10,302 nt of DNA from a virus (Duplodnaviria > Heunggongvirae > Uroviricota > Caudoviricetes), in IMG/VR virus record IMGVR_UViG_2718217859_000003; one strand, given 5' to 3'. Positions 7,243 through 10,302 of this stretch are shown in pieces (position 1 is the first letter of the stretch; every line of letters starts with the position of its first letter). The translations under genes were made by a program, and so were the position numbers. A model generated the notes under the pieces. It was not told where the DNA came from and ran no database searches. It worked only from the letters and a program-made list of their open reading frames with translations.

Positions 7243-7438
7243 GGCGCACCTCCTGACGAATACGGGCGGCGAATACCATCACGCAGCCAGCCGGGGATTG
7301 CTGGCGGGCTTCCTGTTCGCTGGTGGCCTCGATGGTAATCACGCGCGGTTGTGCCGTGCTCAGGGCGATAAAACGCCAGATGTATTTATTCAGGTTGTGC
7401 GAATCCCGCCCTTGCGGGTGTGTGGTATGATTTCTCAT
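7232..7438 (-). CDS. Hypothetical protein, 68 aa, first gene of the leftward replication operon
   Basis: This is the C-terminal part of the 367-aa track ORF, starting at its first plausible ATG (7438), which has a GAGG SD. The rest of that long ORF crosses the control region and is rejected. Confidence 0.45.
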   Translation of the reverse strand: MRNHTTHPQGRDSHNLNKYIWRFIALSTAQPRVITIEATSEQEARQQSPAGCVMVFAARIRQEVRHVQ

Positions 7439-7522
7439 AGCTGCCTCGATACTCTTTCTATCGTTGGTGGTTAGACGCCCTGCATGTGTGCCACCACTGC
7501 GGGGCGTTGCGTTTTTTGATGC

Positions 7523-7579
7523 ACACGTGTTAAGGTGTACACCTACAAAGCAAAAACATAACGCCATAGGTGTACACAT
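7523..7579. promoter_or_regulatory. Divergent control region with palindromic operators
   Basis: ACACGTGT at 7523-7530; perfect 12-bp palindrome AGGTGTACACCT at 7533-7544; near-copy AGGTGTACACAT at 7568-7579 overlapping the SD and start of the RHH gene. Confidence 0.55.
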
Positions 7580-7772
7580 GTCAACAGTTATTAAGCGCGA
7601 TAAAAAACAAAAAGGCACAGGAAAGACCCCACCGTTCCATATGCGTATAGTTCCTGAATTGAAGGAGCAGTTTGATAACGAAGCCAGTAACGATGGAGTA
7701 AGTCTTGCCAACTGGCTTAAAGAGTTGGGGCGCGCCGAACTAAAGCGACGCGGCATTGAACCTAAAGGCTGA
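7578..7772 (+). CDS. Ribbon-helix-helix (Arc/CopG-like) DNA-binding protein, 64 aa
   Basis: ATG at 7578 with an AGGTG SD. The segment FHMRIVPELKEQFDNEAS...SLANWLKELGRAEL fits a strand-helix-helix pattern. The track's longer version starts at a TTG inside the control region and is unlikely. Confidence 0.55.
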   Translation: MSTVIKRDKKQKGTGKTPPFHMRIVPELKEQFDNEASNDGVSLANWLKELGRAELKRRGIEPKG

Positions 7773-7775
7773 TGT

Positions 7776-7895
7776 ATGACCGATAACAAACTTTCTCTAA
7801 CAGAGAATAAACCATCAGGCTTCTTACCAAGAAAAATCCTTGATGAGATCAAACGCCGCCAGCGTAAAAAATCCAAAGGAGCAGACACGGAATAG
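7776..7895 (+). CDS. Micro-ORF, 39 aa, basic C-terminus (not in the ORF track)
   Basis: Translated by hand as MTDNKLSLTENKPSGFLPRKILDEIKRRQRKKSKGADTE. The ATG is 3 nt after the RHH stop, with a weak AAGG SD. Confidence 0.3.
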   Translation: MTDNKLSLTENKPSGFLPRKILDEIKRRQRKKSKGADTE

Positions 7896-7898
7896 CTT

Positions 7899-8063
7899 AT
7901 GCAACAAATACCATACTGGCTTGGCTCTCTGTTTGTATTTGCATTTCTCATGAAATATTGCATTAGCAATGAACTTGTCGGTAATGAAAGTGCATGCGCG
8001 AGCGCTGAAAAAAATATTCCACTTCTCGTATATGAAAACGAAAGCCCTGTGAACCGCAATTGA
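7899..8063 (+). CDS. Micro-ORF, 54 aa, with hydrophobic N-terminal segment (not in the ORF track)
   Basis: Translated by hand as MQQIPYWLGSLFVFAFLMKYCISNELVGNESACASAEKNIPLLVYENESPVNRN. The ATG is 3 nt after the 39-aa stop; the region is AT-rich. Confidence 0.3.
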   Translation: MQQIPYWLGSLFVFAFLMKYCISNELVGNESACASAEKNIPLLVYENESPVNRN

Positions 8064-8159
8064 GCGAAATTTAATGAATTCACTCTTTGCCCACCAGCCG
8101 CAAATGTGGCATTGTTGGCGATGCTCATGCGTTGGGGATAACGTGTAGCTTGTGTCGAA

Positions 8160-8188
8160 GGGCCATCGTGACAGGTGGCCTTTTCTTT
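8160..8188 (+). terminator. Candidate rho-independent terminator for the rightward micro-operon
   Basis: GGGCCA, a 10-nt loop, then TGGCCT (one GU pair), followed by TTTTCTTT. Confidence 0.4.
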
Positions 8189-8226
8189 ACCTGTTATCTG
8201 GCAATTGTGGCGCTTCGTCACACGGT

Positions 8227-8235
8227 TGATATAAT
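8227..8235 (+). promoter_or_regulatory. Candidate extended -10 promoter (TGaTATAAT)
   Basis: Perfect TATAAT at 8230-8235 with TG at 8227-8228; a weak -35-like TTGTGG at 8205-8210. Oriented toward the 3' end of alpA. Confidence 0.3.
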
Positions 8236-8284
8236 TCCCCTGCACTGATCCATTTTTTTCGCAGCAGGTTAATTGTTCGCAAGG

Positions 8285-8309
8285 GCGCTCCGGCAACGGG
8301 GCGCTTTTT
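8285..8309 (+). terminator. Rho-independent terminator with GNRA tetraloop
   Basis: GCGCTCCG-GCAA-CGGGGCGC (8-bp stem including one GU pair) followed by TTTTT. Strand-specific: there is no U-run on the minus strand. Confidence 0.6.
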
Positions 8310-8339
8310 GTTATGTTCATCACGTTACGCCTCACACCA

Positions 8340-8546
8340 TTACGCAGCCGTTCCGCGCGCTTCTTCCTCGCGCTCTTTCAGCCAGGCCAGCACTTCATCT
8401 TCATACCAGCCAACACGACGCAGACCGATTTTGAAGCCTTTCGGAAATTTTCCGGCGTTGATCATGTCCTGTAGCGAACTGTCTGCCTTGATGCGCAGAA
8501 TATTTTTTACTTCCTGACGGGTAAGAATTTTTCTGATTGTTTCCAC
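8340..8546 (-). CDS. alpA: AlpA-family phage transcriptional regulator / excisionase-like HTH protein
   Basis: 68 aa, GTG start with AGGT SD. The pattern FPKGFKIGLRRVGWYEDEVLAWL matches the AlpA core I recall. Small regulator near the integrase, as in P4-like elements and Gram-negative PICIs. Confidence 0.8.
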   Translation of the reverse strand: METIRKILTRQEVKNILRIKADSSLQDMINAGKFPKGFKIGLRRVGWYEDEVLAWLKEREEEARGTAA

Positions 8547-8615
8547 TATGTTTTACCTCGTTAATCCGGCGTATTCCGGTGATAAATACGGTAAAACAGG
8601 GCAGGGCGGGAAAAA

Positions 8616-8651
8616 CAGTACCCACCGTTTTAAAACGGTACCCACTGTTTT
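8616..8651. promoter_or_regulatory. Two tandem 20-bp repeats AAAACRGTACCCACYGTTTT upstream of alpA
   Basis: cAGTACCCACcGTTTT at 8616-8631 and cGGTACCCACtGTTTT at 8636-8651, 20 bp centre to centre, with the palindrome CCGTTTTAAAACGG (8625-8638) bridging them. Confidence 0.5.
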
Positions 8652-8681
8652 TTATCTTATTGATTACGCTTTTCTTTCTGC

Positions 8682-8710
8682 AAAAAAATAGCGACCGCAA
8701 GGGGCCGCTA
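8682..8710 (-). terminator. Candidate rho-independent terminator after the 80-aa gene
   Basis: On the minus strand: TAGCGGCC, loop, GGTCGCTA (one mismatch) followed by T7, a few nt after the stop at 8717. Confidence 0.45.
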
Positions 8711-8716
8711 TTGTGA

Positions 8717-8959
8717 TTACCGTTTCCACTTCTTAGGTCGCCCACCGCATTTAAGGCTGGTGGGCCTCAGCACCTTGTCGATGCTTTCAGCCAGATTTTT
8801 CGATGCGCCACGCGAGCGCAAAAAACTGACTACCTCGTGTTTTGTGGGGGCAGTTGATTTGTCTTCCGGATCGTACGTTGACCAGAATTCACGATTTGCC
8901 ATTAAGGCCAACTGAAGGCCTTCACCATAGGCAGGGGATACCTTTTCATTGAAAAACAC
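8717..8959 (-). CDS. Hypothetical small basic protein, 80 aa, GTG start, between integrase and alpA
   Basis: Perfect AAGGAG SD 8 nt upstream of the GTG at 8959. The basic C-terminus (GGRPKKWKR) suggests nucleic-acid binding. Its own terminator implies co-transcription with int. Confidence 0.5.
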   Translation of the reverse strand: MFFNEKVSPAYGEGLQLALMANREFWSTYDPEDKSTAPTKHEVVSFLRSRGASKNLAESIDKVLRPTSLKCGGRPKKWKR

Positions 8960-9060
8960 TCGGATAACTCCTTGAATTTCAAGAGTCGGGTCTCTCTGTA
9001 TATGGTGATTATACGATGGTTTAGCATGGTTTGCATCGCTTTTACTGGTTTTTTGTACAG

Positions 9061-10302
9061 TTACACGGCACGGATACCCCTTTTACCACTGGCTATGGTC
9101 ACTCCGGTTGCTGCGGCCTCTACAAATTCCCCCCACCAGCGCATAAGCACCACGCGCTTTTCCAGGTAGTTACTTCGGTTATATGCTCGCCTTACCTCGT
9201 TCGTGTCCACGTGTGCGAGTGCGGCCTCGATTACGTCCGGCTCGAATCCTTCCTCGTTCGCTGCTGTGCTGAATATGGCGCGTAATCCATGAGACACCAG
9301 CACGCCAGCGAATCCCATTCGCCGCAATGCTGCGTTGGCGGTCTGGCTGTTCATAGGCTGCCGTGGGTCTTTCAGGCTAGGGAAAACGTGCTCGCGGTGG
9401 TGGCTGATTGGCTTCATGGCCTCCAGTACCGCCATAGCCTGACTACAAAGCGGGATAACGTGATCACGCCGCATCTTCATGCGTCCGGCGGGGATCGTCC
9501 ATTGTTGCGCGTCCATGTCGATTTCTTCCCAGCGTGCTGACGATGCTTCAACCGGACGGGTTACAGTCAGTAGCTGCCATTCAATCAGTAATCTGGTCTG
9601 CCGTTCTGTTGCTGATACGGATAAAGCCTGCATAAGCTCCGGCAACTGTTCGGGGCGGATTGTTGGCATATGTTTTTTTACAGGGGAGGGGAACGCCTTA
9701 CGCACATTCATAGCCGGATTGGCATCAATCAGCCCACTGTTGGCGGCGTAATCCATTACCTCATTAACGCGCTGTAAAACCCGCTTGAGTGTTTCCAGGT
9801 TGCCGCGCTCCTTGATGGGTGTAAGCACCTCAACGAACCTTCGGGCAGTGAGGGTATCTATTGGCGTGTTGCCGATGAACGGGAATACATATTTATCCAG
9901 CGAACGCCAGATGTCTTTAATCGTGTTGGGGGCCAGATTCTGGCTGATTTTCACCTGGTACCATGCCGCCGCCACATTTTCGAACGTGTTCCCTTGTCTT
10001 CGGGCCTCTGCCTCTCGTTTTTTCTTCTCATGGTCCTGCGGGTCAGTTCCGGCACTGATTAACGTCCTGTACTCGCTACGGCGTTTTCTGGCATCAGCCA
10101 GGGAAACATCTTCAAGAGATCCAAAACTCAGCAATATTCTTTTTTTGTCCGATGGTCGGTAGTAGGAAAATCGCCAGAGTTTTGATCCGGACGGTTTTAC
10201 CAGGAGAAAAAGCCCACCGCCGTCCTGTAGGGTGTACTCCTTTTGCGCTGGTCTGGCTGCTTTGATCTGCACTGTGGTTAATGGGGGTGTTTTTCTCGCC
10301 AT
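9061..10302 (-). CDS. int: Tyrosine site-specific integrase, P4-type (phage integrase family)
   Basis: 413 aa; the start codon sits exactly at the window edge. N-terminal arm-binding-like region (GGGLFLLVKPSGSKLWRFSYY), C-terminal catalytic signatures HGLRAIFST and a tyrosine in RRAYNRSNYLEKR. Confidence 0.93.
   Translation of the reverse strand: MARKTPPLTTVQIKAARPAQKEYTLQDGGGLFLLVKPSGSKLWRFSYYRPSDKKRILLSFGSLEDVSLADARKRRSEYRTLISAGTDPQDHEKKKREAEARRQGNTFENVAAAWYQVKISQNLAPNTIKDIWRSLDKYVFPFIGNTPIDTLTARRFVEVLTPIKERGNLETLKRVLQRVNEVMDYAANSGLIDANPAMNVRKAFPSPVKKHMPTIRPEQLPELMQALSVSATERQTRLLIEWQLLTVTRPVEASSARWEEIDMDAQQWTIPAGRMKMRRDHVIPLCSQAMAVLEAMKPISHHREHVFPSLKDPRQPMNSQTANAALRRMGFAGVLVSHGLRAIFSTAANEEGFEPDVIEAALAHVDTNEVRRAYNRSNYLEKRVVLMRWWGEFVEAAATGVTIASGKRGIRAV

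Noticed and set aside
7232-8335. 367-aa minus-strand ORF in the six-frame track
   Set aside because: It runs through the divergent control region and antisense to the whole rightward micro-operon, and its translation is low-complexity (Cys/Arg/Ser-rich). Only the C-terminal 68 codons after a plausible ATG with an SD (7232-7438) are kept.
8308-8745. ORFs 8308-8517 (+) and 8401-8745 (-) overlapping alpA
   Set aside because: They conflict with the AlpA reading frame, which has a recognisable family motif and an SD. The 8401-8745 ORF would also run through the repeat region and a terminator.
9061-10302. Attachment site or tRNA gene next to the integrase
   Set aside because: The window ends at the integrase start codon and I found no tRNA-like sequence inside the window, so the integration site cannot be assessed here.

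Overview
This 10.3-kb window reads as the integrase-proximal part of an integrated phage satellite or phage-inducible chromosomal island of the P4-like / capsid-forming-PICI kind, probably enterobacterial. All product calls are motif recognition by eye; no database search or folding was run. On the minus strand, right to left: a tyrosine integrase (9061-10302) that starts at the window edge, a small GTG-start gene, an AlpA-family regulator, then a leftward operon of four small unknown genes translationally coupled to a P4-alpha-like primase-helicase (4448-6253). Between AlpA and that operon sits a divergent control region with GTAC-centred palindromes and a rightward micro-operon (RHH regulator plus two unreported micro-ORFs). 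Immediately downstream of the primase is a cluster of exact P4 type-I iterons (4215-4434). Further left is a capsid module: one 629-aa gene fusing a ClpP-like prohead protease to an HK97-like major capsid protein (1379-3268), bracketed by two diverged ~220-bp direct repeats. The left edge holds small genes including a PerC-like regulator. I found no rRNA, tRNA, CRISPR array or transposase. The most interesting candidates are the single-gene capsid cassette with its flanking repeats, the RHH micro-operon, and two possible small RNAs; most small ORFs remain unassigned.
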